DNA of 32,000 bases from Paramicrosporidium saccamoebae KSL3 (lineage: Eukaryota > Fungi > Cryptomycota). Both the position numbers and the translations under genes were made by a program. The notes under the pieces were generated by a model. It searched no databases and was not told the DNA's origin. It saw nothing but the letters and a program-made list of their open reading frames with translations. The stretch is from the NCBI GenBank assembly GCA_002794465.1, contig MTSL01000035.1:1-32000 (forward strand), written 5' to 3'. Shown in pieces: positions 8,857 to 20,055 of this stretch (its first letter is position 1; the number at the start of each line of letters is the position of its first letter).

Positions 8857-10173
8857 CTAATCTCTATTATCGTCCCAGTTGACGAATACTAGCAAAACCA
8901 CTGCAAAGAGCAGCACAATCCCAGCAAAGGCAAAGTAATGGAATGGCGAGGGGATAAAGACGAGTGACAGGAACACTGTTGTTGCCGTCAGCACCAGCAT
9001 GGTAAGCCAAAAGCCCATTGGTGAGAGGTATCCAAGTCGTAAGCCACAGATCATACTCCGATGTTCACTGTCATCGAGGAGGCCCCAGGCATTTCGCATT
9101 TCGAATCGTTGTCGTTGGGCCGTCTGCTGAGTGCCTCGGGCCAGCGGTCGTCCATCAGGGCCCAGCACTGTCAGATCATATGGCAAGTCTGATCTCCGAT
9201 GAAGCTGAAATAGCTGATAGTCGTCCGGATTCACAGAGTTGACCTTGAAAAAGTCTCTTATATCTGCCCTCATTAAAAAATCATCGTCGGTTCCGAAAAA
9301 CGATGCCTCGTAAATGACCGGTACTGGACTCGTGTCGTCGTCCAACTGACTTAGATCTAGTACCGTGGGTCCCGTCTGCGTCACTTCGGGCAGACTTGAT
9401 GTGCTCTGATTGCCCAGTTGCATCGATTCAGACATACTTCTCCTGTGACTAAAGCTGGAGCATCGCGCTACCGTGTCCAACTCGGAATGTCCCACCGAGC
9501 TCCTCAGCACATCCTGCTGCTCTCTCCTCATCTGCCTCTCGGCCCAAGCGCGGTCAAACTCTTCCACCGTCACTGCAAAGTAGTGCACATCGCCAACAAT
9601 GAGCATGTTATTTAGGGGATTCCGGCTCTTCATCCGGTGCAAAAGTCCTTCTTCTGGCTGTGTCCTGAATATTACTCTGTTGATGTGGTGTGCCGCATAG
9701 TACGAAAAGTAGAGTTTTGTTAGGTTATTGGGATCGACCGTGGTCACTCTTGCCAGCAAAAAACTCTTCCCCGACACTCTTGCCACCCTAATTAGTGACT
9801 CGAACGTCTCTAAGGTAAACGTTTCCTCATTAGCAGCGTCGAGGTACTCTGCATCTGAATCGTGATTGGTCTGCGAACTGTCAACTTGGTCCATGGATTT
9901 CATAGTGTCTTCATGGGCATCCTCTTCCAGCGCAATCTTTTTGGCCTCGGCCAGATCTATGATGGGGGCGCCGAGCAGTCGGATCAGTCCAGTATTCTTC
10001 TTCTGCGACGGGTTATTTTCAGTCTTGTTAGTCTCAGGGCCGGTCTCAGGATTTGCCTCTGCAACACTGCTGCGGATCGAGTTGGGCTCTGCCGCGTTGG
10101 CGACATCGGGAGGAGTGGTATTTAGTAATGGTTTACGTGGCGACTCGCAAGGGCTATTCACCTGGGGTATCAT
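8857..10173 (-). CDS. DUF5092-like protein with two C-terminal TM helices; 5' end uncertain
   Basis: 450-codon ORF. FTLETF...LARVTT...SYYAAHHIN...NPLNN...VHYF resembles my recollection of the DUF5092 consensus. C-terminal hydrophobic pair. First ATG is 10173; two possible small upstream exons extend to ~10335. Confidence 0.7.
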   Translation of the reverse strand: MIPQVNSPCESPRKPLLNTTPPDVANAAEPNSIRSSVAEANPETGPETNKTENNPSQKKNTGLIRLLGAPIIDLAEAKKIALEEDAHEDTMKSMDQVDSSQTNHDSDAEYLDAANEETFTLETFESLIRVARVSGKSFLLARVTTVDPNNLTKLYFSYYAAHHINRVIFRTQPEEGLLHRMKSRNPLNNMLIVGDVHYFAVTVEEFDRAWAERQMRREQQDVLRSSVGHSELDTVARCSSFSHRRSMSESMQLGNQSTSSLPEVTQTGPTVLDLSQLDDDTSPVPVIYEASFFGTDDDFLMRADIRDFFKVNSVNPDDYQLFQLHRRSDLPYDLTVLGPDGRPLARGTQQTAQRQRFEMRNAWGLLDDSEHRSMICGLRLGYLSPMGFWLTMLVLTATTVFLSLVFIPSPFHYFAFAGIVLLFAVVLLVFVNWDDNRD

Positions 10174-10386
10174 GCTGAATGCATATGTCAGAGATTTTCT
10201 CCTTAGCACTATAACTACTACTGGGGAAAACGGAGACTTCTATTCTTGGAATATGCTGCCCAATGGCAATTGCTCGGAATATTACCCCTTACTCCTGATT
10301 GGTAAACAAATCTCCTGACCAGCCAATGGAGCCATAATGATTTATTGGTTACTAAAAAGAGAGACTCTAGGGTACAATCGGGAATT

Positions 10387-12353
<1,967 letters not shown>

Positions 12354-12444
12354 CGAATTAACAAGGTTTATTGTTTGCAGCTCATCCTGACTCTGCAGTT
12401 TATCTTTTGACTTTTGCTCGCCGAAAACACATCTCTCTTACAAT

Positions 12445-12929
12445 TCACTCTGAATCTTCCGTCCGTTTCTTAGTCTTTGCCCTCCAGAGACGTGCCATCC
12501 CCTCACAAATCCCGACATCTTTTGTGTTGTATTGGTAGAGTCCGTACATGGTTCCCAACGTTCCAGCATAAAGCAATGCCATGGCCAGTGGGTATATCAT
12601 TGGGAATTTGCGTTTCGGTAGGTAATCTATGATGATGGAGGAGAAGCCCAGGTGGCAGTGGAGGGGAAAGACCACTCCGATGGCAAAGTCTACAAGGTGG
12701 CTTGGAAAGCTTACGGCCGCGCCGATTAAACCGAGACTGGCCACAGACAAAGCCCGCTCGTATATCCAATGGTAGCTCCCATGCCAAGGGTCAATCTTTT
12801 CGCCAGCTAGAGAGTTATTTCTTCCAACCACTAGGTACCAAGGGTCGTATTAACGGATGGTTCCGGCCCTGCCGTGTAGCGTCGAAGATTAGTAACATGA
12901 AAAGTCCGACTTGTAAGCCGCCGAAGCAT
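12445..12929 (-). CDS. SDH4: Succinate dehydrogenase cytochrome b small subunit (CybS); intron 12838-12807; 150 aa
   Basis: HGSYHWIYERALS and PLHCHLGFSSIIIDYLP motifs. Exon 1 encodes the Arg-rich mitochondrial-type presequence MLRRLTSRTFHVTNLRRY. Confidence 0.9.
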
Positions 12930-12979
12930 TGAAAATCCCACCGAAATTACAATTAAATCAATTCTCGTAAACCGGTTGG

Positions 12980-13261
12980 ATGATATATCGGCCTGCTCCG
13001 GTCACAGAGGTAAAGGCTGCCATCATAGATGAACAGCTGCGCAGTATAATACTGGCAGACCGTGCGAATAATGTACCAAGTCATGCAAATTCTGACGATC
13101 CCGGGTTTGTGCCCGCCGAAGGGCGCCTTACTGCAATCAAAAGGAGAGTCGCTGTTCTGCAAGCACAAAGAGCACGACTTTTACAACAAGTCCCAACGCG
13201 CGCAAACACCACAGCAACGGCTGAGAATTTTGAACAAGACGTCATTGACGCAGAATCCTGA
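12980..13261 (+). CDS. Hypothetical small coiled-coil protein (93 aa); weak resemblance to Snapin/BLOC-1-type subunits
   Basis: ATG ORF divergent from SDH4, followed by AATAAA (~13272). The RLTAIKRRVAVLQ heptad segment is only weakly suggestive. Confidence 0.45.
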   Translation: MIYRPAPVTEVKAAIIDEQLRSIILADRANNVPSHANSDDPGFVPAEGRLTAIKRRVAVLQAQRARLLQQVPTRANTTATAENFEQDVIDAES

Positions 13262-13501
13262 CACTGTAAATAATAAAAGTTAGACATGGTAAACAGAAGA
13301 ATATTGCGTAGGTAGATTGGAAAGGGGTAAGGAGAGAAATGTGAAAATCCGTTCATTATTATTAGTCCAACAGTCTCTACAAGCTATAGAAACATTGCGA
13401 GAAACACCATACCACCACCCTATGTAGGACACAGTACTCTAAACACAGATTAGACGGATCTTTCAGCTCCTAGAGGTTACAAATTTATTGTCTTGCAGCT
13501 C

Positions 13502-13881
13502 TTAAGCCTTGGTAGCTACTGGCTCCTCAGCAACCGCCGTCGCGCGGGTGTAAATGTTCAGCGATGCCGACGAGTGCACACGCTTGATCAAGCCCTTTCC
13601 CTCCAACTCGGCGAGAACCTTGCGAGCAGCGCTGCCGTTAATCTTCATACGGTCCATCAGCACACTGCAGGTAATCAGCTTGTAAGTGGGCACATCCTTG
13701 TAGAGCTTGTCCATGGTGGCCTTGTCAATGACGACGGCATTGTTGGACTTTTCCTTGACCTTTCCCTTGGACCACTTCTTCTTCTTGGCCTTACCACCGC
13801 TCGATGGCTTTCCTGCTTCAGCCTTGGTCTAAATAAGAGTTAGTAACGGATGAACAAGACCCGGGAGGGTTCACGTACCAT
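13502..13881 (-). CDS. RPS25: 40S ribosomal protein eS25; exon 1 is the ATG alone; intron 13878-13829; 109 aa
   Basis: [15 protein letters not shown]...YKLIT...[10 protein letters not shown]...IYTRA. The 50-nt intron has a GTACGT donor and a TACTAAC branch point. Confidence 0.97.
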
Positions 13882-14044
13882 TTTGAACGAGGGAGCAGAC
13901 CGGGGTATTGGGATGTGATGTAGGGGATTGATTGTCTTAATATTTGTGTGATAGACTAGCTCTATTGGATGGATATTTGAGGATCAACCGTGAACAACGG
14001 TGAATAAATTCTCTTTCCGTTTGACTTGGTTCGTAGCAATTACT

Positions 14045-14170
14045 CCACCACGCAACAACCATCCCACCACACAACAACCATCCCACCACGCAACAACCAT
14101 CCCACCACGCAACAATCACCCCACCACACAACAACCGCTCCACCATACAACAGTCACCTTCCCACGCAAC
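14045..14170. repeat. Tandem 19-bp C/A-rich repeat CCACCAC(G/A)CAACAACCATC, ~6.5 copies degrading rightwards
   Basis: Units at 14045, 14064, 14083, 14102 and 14121, followed by degenerate copies. Confidence 0.92.
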
Positions 14171-14178
14171 AGTAGTAT

Positions 14179-15312
14179 TTATTGAATGTGACGGGTCGCC
14201 GAAGCGGCTTTGGATAATCTATTCATGATGGCAAGGCCTTCATCATTCTCCTCTATTGATTGCGCAACAATTAGCGTCGGGTTCACAGAATCAGCCGCCC
14301 TCAGCGCCGAGAACAAATTTCTGGCAATCTCCTCCCGATCCCCCGTGGTGGAAAGTGGAAATTCGAAATAACAATCGTCTGTGATGGCGCTCTGAGATCT
14401 TATCGTCAGTCGAGCGATACGGTGATCAGAGTTGAGCTCTTGTTTAATAAACTTGGAGATGGCCTCGTCCAGCTTGGCTTCGTCAGTGCCATGAAATAGT
14501 AGCAACGGACTTGTGGGAGAGTAGTGGCGATACTTCATACCAGGAGTTGCTGGTCGATCCTCCATCTGCTTAGTCTCCTCAGCGGTCAAGTTGTCCGAGT
14601 TCTTATTGAACACGCGCACATCTGGGAGCAGCTCGTGCAACATCCGTGCAGTTATGGATCCAGGCCGCAAGATTATTGGCGGGTGGCGGGTTGCATCCAA
14701 AACAGTCGATTCTAGGCCAAATCCAGAAGATCCACCGTCAACAATATAATTTATCCGTCCTTCCAGGTCCTCCAAAACATGAGCTGCCGTTGTCGGACTG
14801 GGTCGACCAGAAAGATTTGCAGACGGCGCCGCCAAGGGGAATCCACACAATTCAATGATTTTTCGGGCAATCGGGTGGGAGGGAAAACGTACAGCGACAG
14901 TGTCCAAACCGGCAGTGACCACATCAGGCACACCTTCCTTTTTAGGAAGGAGCACAGTAAGGGGTCCTGGCCAGAATTTACACAGTACAGGCTTCAGTTT
15001 TTGGGGTATACAAAGTGCATCAAGAACATTGGCATTGGGCTGTGCGTCGTCTTTTGGCCGAACAAGCATGCGCAGCATCTCCAATGAAGAGATGTGCGCA
15101 ATAAGAGGATTATCTGACGGCCGCTTCTTAACGCTGTATATTCGCTGGCAAGCGTCAAAGTCTAGAGCGTTGGCAGCGAGACCGTAAACCGTTTCGGTGG
15201 GTATCGCAACCGGGCGGGACTCTTTCAAGTCGACAATAGCTGGCGCAAGTGCATGTTCTAATTCATCAGCCGTGGTGCACTCTGCAGCTTGTAATATGAC
15301 AGTCTTGTGCAT
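14179..15312 (-). CDS. SUA5: Threonylcarbamoyl-AMP synthase (YrdC plus SUA5 domains), 377 aa
   Basis: PTETVYGL, KKRPSDNPLI, PGPLT, APSANLSGRPSPT and PGMKYRHYSP motifs. Confidence 0.97.
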   Translation of the reverse strand: MHKTVILQAAECTTADELEHALAPAIVDLKESRPVAIPTETVYGLAANALDFDACQRIYSVKKRPSDNPLIAHISSLEMLRMLVRPKDDAQPNANVLDALCIPQKLKPVLCKFWPGPLTVLLPKKEGVPDVVTAGLDTVAVRFPSHPIARKIIELCGFPLAAPSANLSGRPSPTTAAHVLEDLEGRINYIVDGGSSGFGLESTVLDATRHPPIILRPGSITARMLHELLPDVRVFNKNSDNLTAEETKQMEDRPATPGMKYRHYSPTSPLLLFHGTDEAKLDEAISKFIKQELNSDHRIARLTIRSQSAITDDCYFEFPLSTTGDREEIARNLFSALRAADSVNPTLIVAQSIEENDEGLAIMNRLSKAASATRHIQ

Positions 15313-15409
15313 CTTCAGGGCCCTAAGGAGTGCGGGTCTTGCTATTGTGGCCAGTTTTGGGTCGAACCGCGGCCACCAATCAGAATCTTCAATAAAAACA
15401 ATCCCTTTA

Positions 15410-16190
15410 TTAGAGCAGCATTTGCACAGAAGAGAGGTCCTCCAGTGAGGCTATATTTTGGCATTGAGACAGCTCCCTGTCGAGATCGACGACCTGTTCA
15501 AATGGCCAGTCCGTTTCTGGGGCATCAATAACATTCAAGTTGCGATTCTGTTCCATCGTGTCAACAACAATGTTCCTCAACGAAGAAACCTGCTCAGTAA
15601 GAGACCGGGCAATGTCCTCGATCGGCGTCACTATAATGAGACACAATGCATAAGAACGCTACAATTGTGATAAGCGAGCTTTTCCTTCAAGGCAGACAAC
15701 TGGGCTTCCATTCGAGATACCAGCTCCTCCTCCGCCTGCAACTGCAACTCCTCCGCCTCCAAATAGGCGTCCTCCAGCCGGGACTAAAACATAAAGAGTC
15801 GGACAAACAAGTCACCTTTTGAAGACGAGCAGCAAGTTGTGTTAGCTCGGCATCAACTGCCGCCTCATTGAAATCCTGCACAGGCTCAGGAGCACCAGGC
15901 AGCTGAAAGTTGTCCGGGATCACCAGCACATTTTTAATAATGTACGACTCGAAAAGCTCATAGTTTCTTCCGAACCGTGCCTCCACCAGAGCGGACCATT
16001 GTCCCACACCTGCTTCCAGCTGACCGTGACTTAGAAAGGCAACCTCGGGAGCAATGTCACTGACGACCTTGTCAAACATGGCAAAGACTGCCTTGACGAC
16101 CACTTCACCGACAGAATCAAGAAACTGAAAAGGCGTAAAGCCATAATGCTGAGCTTCGCGTTCGTAAAAGAATTCCGAGTCGGTGGACAT
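15410..16190 (-). CDS. MIS12: Kinetochore protein Mis12/Mtw1-like; introns 15815-15784 and 15662-15631; 238 aa
   Basis: HYGFTP...LEAGV...FESYIIKNVLVIP Mis12 pattern followed by coiled coil. Two 32-nt GT-AG introns give a 717-nt frame. Confidence 0.8.
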
Positions 16191-16331
16191 TTCAATTGGC
16201 TGCCCGCCAAATCCTGGATTATCCGTATTAGCAAGGGTTGAGAACTATTTAGCGCTGGGATTTGTTGCGTTAAGAGCGATTGAACACTGACAATCATTTA
16301 GTATTGAGAGAATCTTTAATATTGGTGGTAT

Positions 16332-16844
16332 ATGAGCTCTGTCCATTCCAGGGCAGCCGGCTATTGCTGGATCATCCTCGGGTAGAAACATTTGCAAATC
16401 AACAATCTGATTGGATGGCTTGTCAAAAGTCTTTATGCGCAGATTGGGAGCAGCTGTTGTGCACAGAGCAGCGCGAGTTTATCAATTTCAGATTTAAGAG
16501 AGTGTACAGACTACAGGGATTCTAACGGCCATAGCTACGAGTCCGTGCTAATACCCACCAAGCTGGATTTTGAGGAGCTATACTCCTCCGTAACCGAGAG
16601 ACGACGCACTACAGAAGCTCCGGCTACGGAAGCCAAGCACAAAGTGCAAATATTACCTAACGCAACTACGTCCGTAACCCGACGCAAAGACTACAACGAA
16701 GATAAAGAGACAAAAGTGCTAGTCCCGAGGAGGCTTTCAGCCAACCGTTTCAAACTCTACCGGTTACGCATGTCACGCCCCCGATGGCAAGGACTCTTCC
16801 TATACCGCACATTTAAGCGTCTCCGCATACCGACGTGTCAATAA
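16332..16844 (+). CDS. Hypothetical protein, possibly signal-peptide bearing; needs a ~48-nt intron (16382-16429) to skip an in-frame TAG
   Basis: ATG 16332 is in frame with ORF 16392-16844 and divergent from MIS12. The AAG acceptor is atypical. No recognisable motif. Confidence 0.3.
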
Positions 16845-17206
16845 ATCCAACGTTTTATATGTGACAACATGGTGGATTGAAAAATAAACAGTGTCTGATA
16901 GTAACTTTATTCAAATCTCAACAGACCCTTTATGACATGTCATTACATTGCGTAGTGGGGATAACATCATGGATCAGGTCATGTGGGAACCCGTTTGCTG
17001 TTAGTCAAACAGCCTAATGCGGGCGAGGAGGGGACTTGCTCAACTGCTGATCTCAAGATCGTAAGGACATAGATCTCACTGTTCTCAAATGCCCAGCAAA
17101 CGATCCACTCTATCACACAGGTGCACCTTCTTCAAATTAGGGAATTACCTTTAAATATCCAACTAAAAATACCCTATATCACAGATATACCCTCCCTCAC
17201 TTTATT

Positions 17207-18611
17207 TCAATATGTCGCCCAATCAGGCACAGCTAGACAAAAGGATGTCGCACCGGAAATTAGTAGAGTGTCATTTCCTGGAGCCCAGCGGACAAGACGC
17301 GGATCATTAACTGCCGGCTGGGGGATAGAGAGACATCCACTGGGTTGCCAGACAAAGACGTTTGACGCCTCAGTTGCAACGACCAGAACAGGCGACACGT
17401 CATGCCACGAAAAGGATCGCACTGAAGATGCCTGCTGCAGTACGGCCACTACTTCCAGTTCGTTGACATTGATAATCCAGACACAGTTTGGATACTCACT
17501 GGTGACTGCGGCAATGTAGGCAGAATCATTGGAGAATTCAATCTGCAAGTTGGGTGTCCTCTTTGTATCTACCGACCGGCTAGCTTGAAGCTGAAATCCC
17601 GATTCATCTACCAAATAACAGCAGAACGGGCAAGTCTTACATTTTGACCGATCAACTACATTTCCCAGCTGATTCACCTCTTTGACAATCTTTTCCTTAA
17701 AGACTATCTACACATTTAGCCCCAATTTAATGTCTTGCCGTTTCATGAGGCATCAGTGATGACGGGCCAATGTCCAGGATTGCTCCCATTTTCTGTGTGA
17801 TGGAATTCCACAACGAAAATGAGGTTGGATTCCTGACAGCTGCTGCAATCCACCCTGCCTTGCTCCAAACCACCTTTTCATATCCGCTGCCGTATTCGGC
17901 CAGGCCACTAATTACTTTGCACGAGGCGCCATCCGGCGCAAAGATGAAAATCCGATCTGAGAAGGCCGGTGCTTCCCATGCAATGATTGCAGGTCGCAGC
18001 TCCGTCGTCCGCTCAAGAAACGGACAGAATATTAAATCTTCCAGATTGGCCGACTCGGGGGGCCGTACGCTTTGTACTACCCGCCACGCCGAATCATACA
18101 CAATAATTACATCCTCAAATTCTCTGCGGACAAGGACCGCCAGCCACCGATCGTCAGGGCTAAACGCAAAACCTCGATCAGTGAATTTCGGCGAATGAAT
18201 TACCGCCTGGGGAAACTTTTCATCCAACTTCCAAATACGGACGGCTATTCGGTGTTTCAGAACGACCAGAAAATGAAGCGAATCAGGCGCCCACAGAACT
18301 CGTTCCACCCCCAAGCGCACATTTTCTGTCACAGTACAAATGGGTCGATCACTGGTCTCAAAGTCCCAAACAAAAAATCTCGCCAGCGCATAATCTGCCA
18401 ACAGCAGGAACTGATTATTTGGCGCCCAGACAAGCTCCCGCCGACCAGGACCGCTCTCCGGGACAGGAAGAAGATAATGTAGAGCGCCATTAGTAGTAGA
18501 ATGGATTGCGACAAAGAGCTGGACGGCGTCTCGACGATGAAGACCGGCTACGTATCGCCCAGAGGGGGAGAGACGTGCTCCGACCGTCTTGAACCCTTCA
18601 GTAAACTCCAT
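17207..18611 (-). CDS. WRAP73: WD40 protein WRAP73/WDR8; introns 17738-17708 (GC-AG) and 17640-17608; 446 aa
   Basis: MEFTEGFK...SPSGRY, WAPDSLHFLV..HRIAVRIWKL, FSPDDRWLAV and PNCVWI...VLQQASSVRSFSW follow the WRAP73 layout. Splicing restores IVFKE and SKYE, which correspond to conserved segments. Confidence 0.85.
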
Positions 18612-18690
18612 AATATTTATTCTATTGTTTTCTTTCTTTACAACCCGCAGTGTTTCCTGCAACGACATTTCTAAGCACATCTGGGCTCAT

Positions 18691-18942
18691 TTAAACACTT
18701 TCTTGTTCTGCCTCCACAGGCTCGTCTTTCAAAAACATGGCTGTTATGGTCTCGCGAAGACTGGTATCCTTAAGCTGCTGGTTCAGAAACTTTTGGTACT
18801 TTGCGCTTGTTCTCATTTCATGCTGCCTTGGTGTCATACACTGATTATGATCTTCTTGTATCGCAAGGCTATCGGCCATGTCTAGTCCAAGGCTGCTGGC
18901 CATGTTCAGTCCAAGAATTACCAGAAACAGTCCACGTCGCAT
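18691..18942 (-). CDS. Small hypothetical secreted protein (83 aa)
   Basis: MRRGLFLVILGLNMASSLG has an n/h/c signal-peptide shape. No recognisable domain. Confidence 0.45.
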   Translation of the reverse strand: MRRGLFLVILGLNMASSLGLDMADSLAIQEDHNQCMTPRQHEMRTSAKYQKFLNQQLKDTSLRETITAMFLKDEPVEAEQESV

Positions 18943-19286
18943 CTTAGGCACTACCCTGGTTCAGTACCATGCGTTAAAAAGGTTTACCATGAACGCCCAG
19001 TTGGTGGCTGGTTGTCTTGTTACCTGCGGCATTATTTAACACTGATTCGTCAATTGGGCATACCTTAATAAACTTGATTCTTAGATGAAAGGGCTGTAAT
19101 TTCAAATGAAAACTGCGTCCAGGGAAAATTTGTAATTTTCTGGGGCACTCTGTCTAAAGTATGCTTTATTCTTAAGGTAGATCAAGCAAAAAGCCTATCA
19201 CCATAACTCTTGTTTAGATACGTGTTACAACCACGATTACAGCCATGTTTTCAACCCTGTGCTAGCTTTGATTGTTCGTCATTGGC

Positions 19287-19667
19287 TTAGAAGGACAAAC
19301 GACGATTAACGGGTCTCCCGCATAGACCGGGTTTATCGGTCTTGGGGGATGCGGAGCCGATAATCGGTCTGCGAGGAGCCTTAGCACGGCGCGTCAACGG
19401 GGGCGGGGTGTGAGAGCTAGGAGCTGGGGATGGAGAGGGAGCCCGAGGAGAAGAGGCACGAGAAGGCGTGGTGCGAGGAGATGGAACCTGAGGAGAAGAA
19501 GCACGAGAGGGCGTGGTGCGAGGAGATGAGGAAGACTGGTCGAAATTCACCATATCGAGGGTCTCATTAGATGATCCTATTTCAGAGACGCTTTCAGATG
19601 AGCCAATGGCTGCCACATAGGACGAAAGGAGCAAAAAGGATAAGAGACTCAGTGACAGAACTCGCAT
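19287..19667 (-). CDS. Small secreted Ser/Pro/Arg-rich protein (126 aa) with two 15-aa repeats
   Basis: MRVLSLSLLSFLLLSSYVAA signal-peptide-like N-terminus; 45-nt direct repeat at ~19445-19535 encoding SPRTTPSRASSP. Confidence 0.65.
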   Translation of the reverse strand: MRVLSLSLLSFLLLSSYVAAIGSSESVSEIGSSNETLDMVNFDQSSSSPRTTPSRASSPQVPSPRTTPSRASSPRAPSPSPAPSSHTPPPLTRRAKAPRRPIIGSASPKTDKPGLCGRPVNRRLSF

Positions 19668-20055
19668 TTTTCAAGCACCCCGGCTACCCCAACAGGCCAG
19701 TACCCCACAATATAACTACGATGACTAAAAGTCCAAAGCGTGATAGTGGCAACTCTGTTTCATGTCTATTCTGAACAAGTTGAAGATTCATCTTTAAGAG
19801 TGATGAGTATCTGTAAACAGCACCATTCCGAACACCGACGAGCCTGGTTTGTCAACAACCTTTGACGTTCCAGACGATAGAATAGACTTTAATGCCTAAC
19901 AGTATCCATAAAGCAGTGGAAATTTGATAGTAAACCCCACGATTGCGGCATGAGAGGGAAATTGCCTAATCTCATTCGTTGGAATGCAAGGTTAATTTAG
20001 ACTTTTCGATTCTTATATAAACAGCGATTCGGCCCAGGGCTCAGCATCCGAAGTA

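Noticed and set aside
13937-14185. Short ORFs on both strands over the 19-bp repeat
   Set aside because: Low-complexity translations of the minisatellite.
16850-17200. Possible C/D snoRNA or other ncRNA; 12-bp palindrome ATGACATGTCAT
   Set aside because: No convincing C/D box pair or terminal stem; a palindrome of this size is expected by chance.
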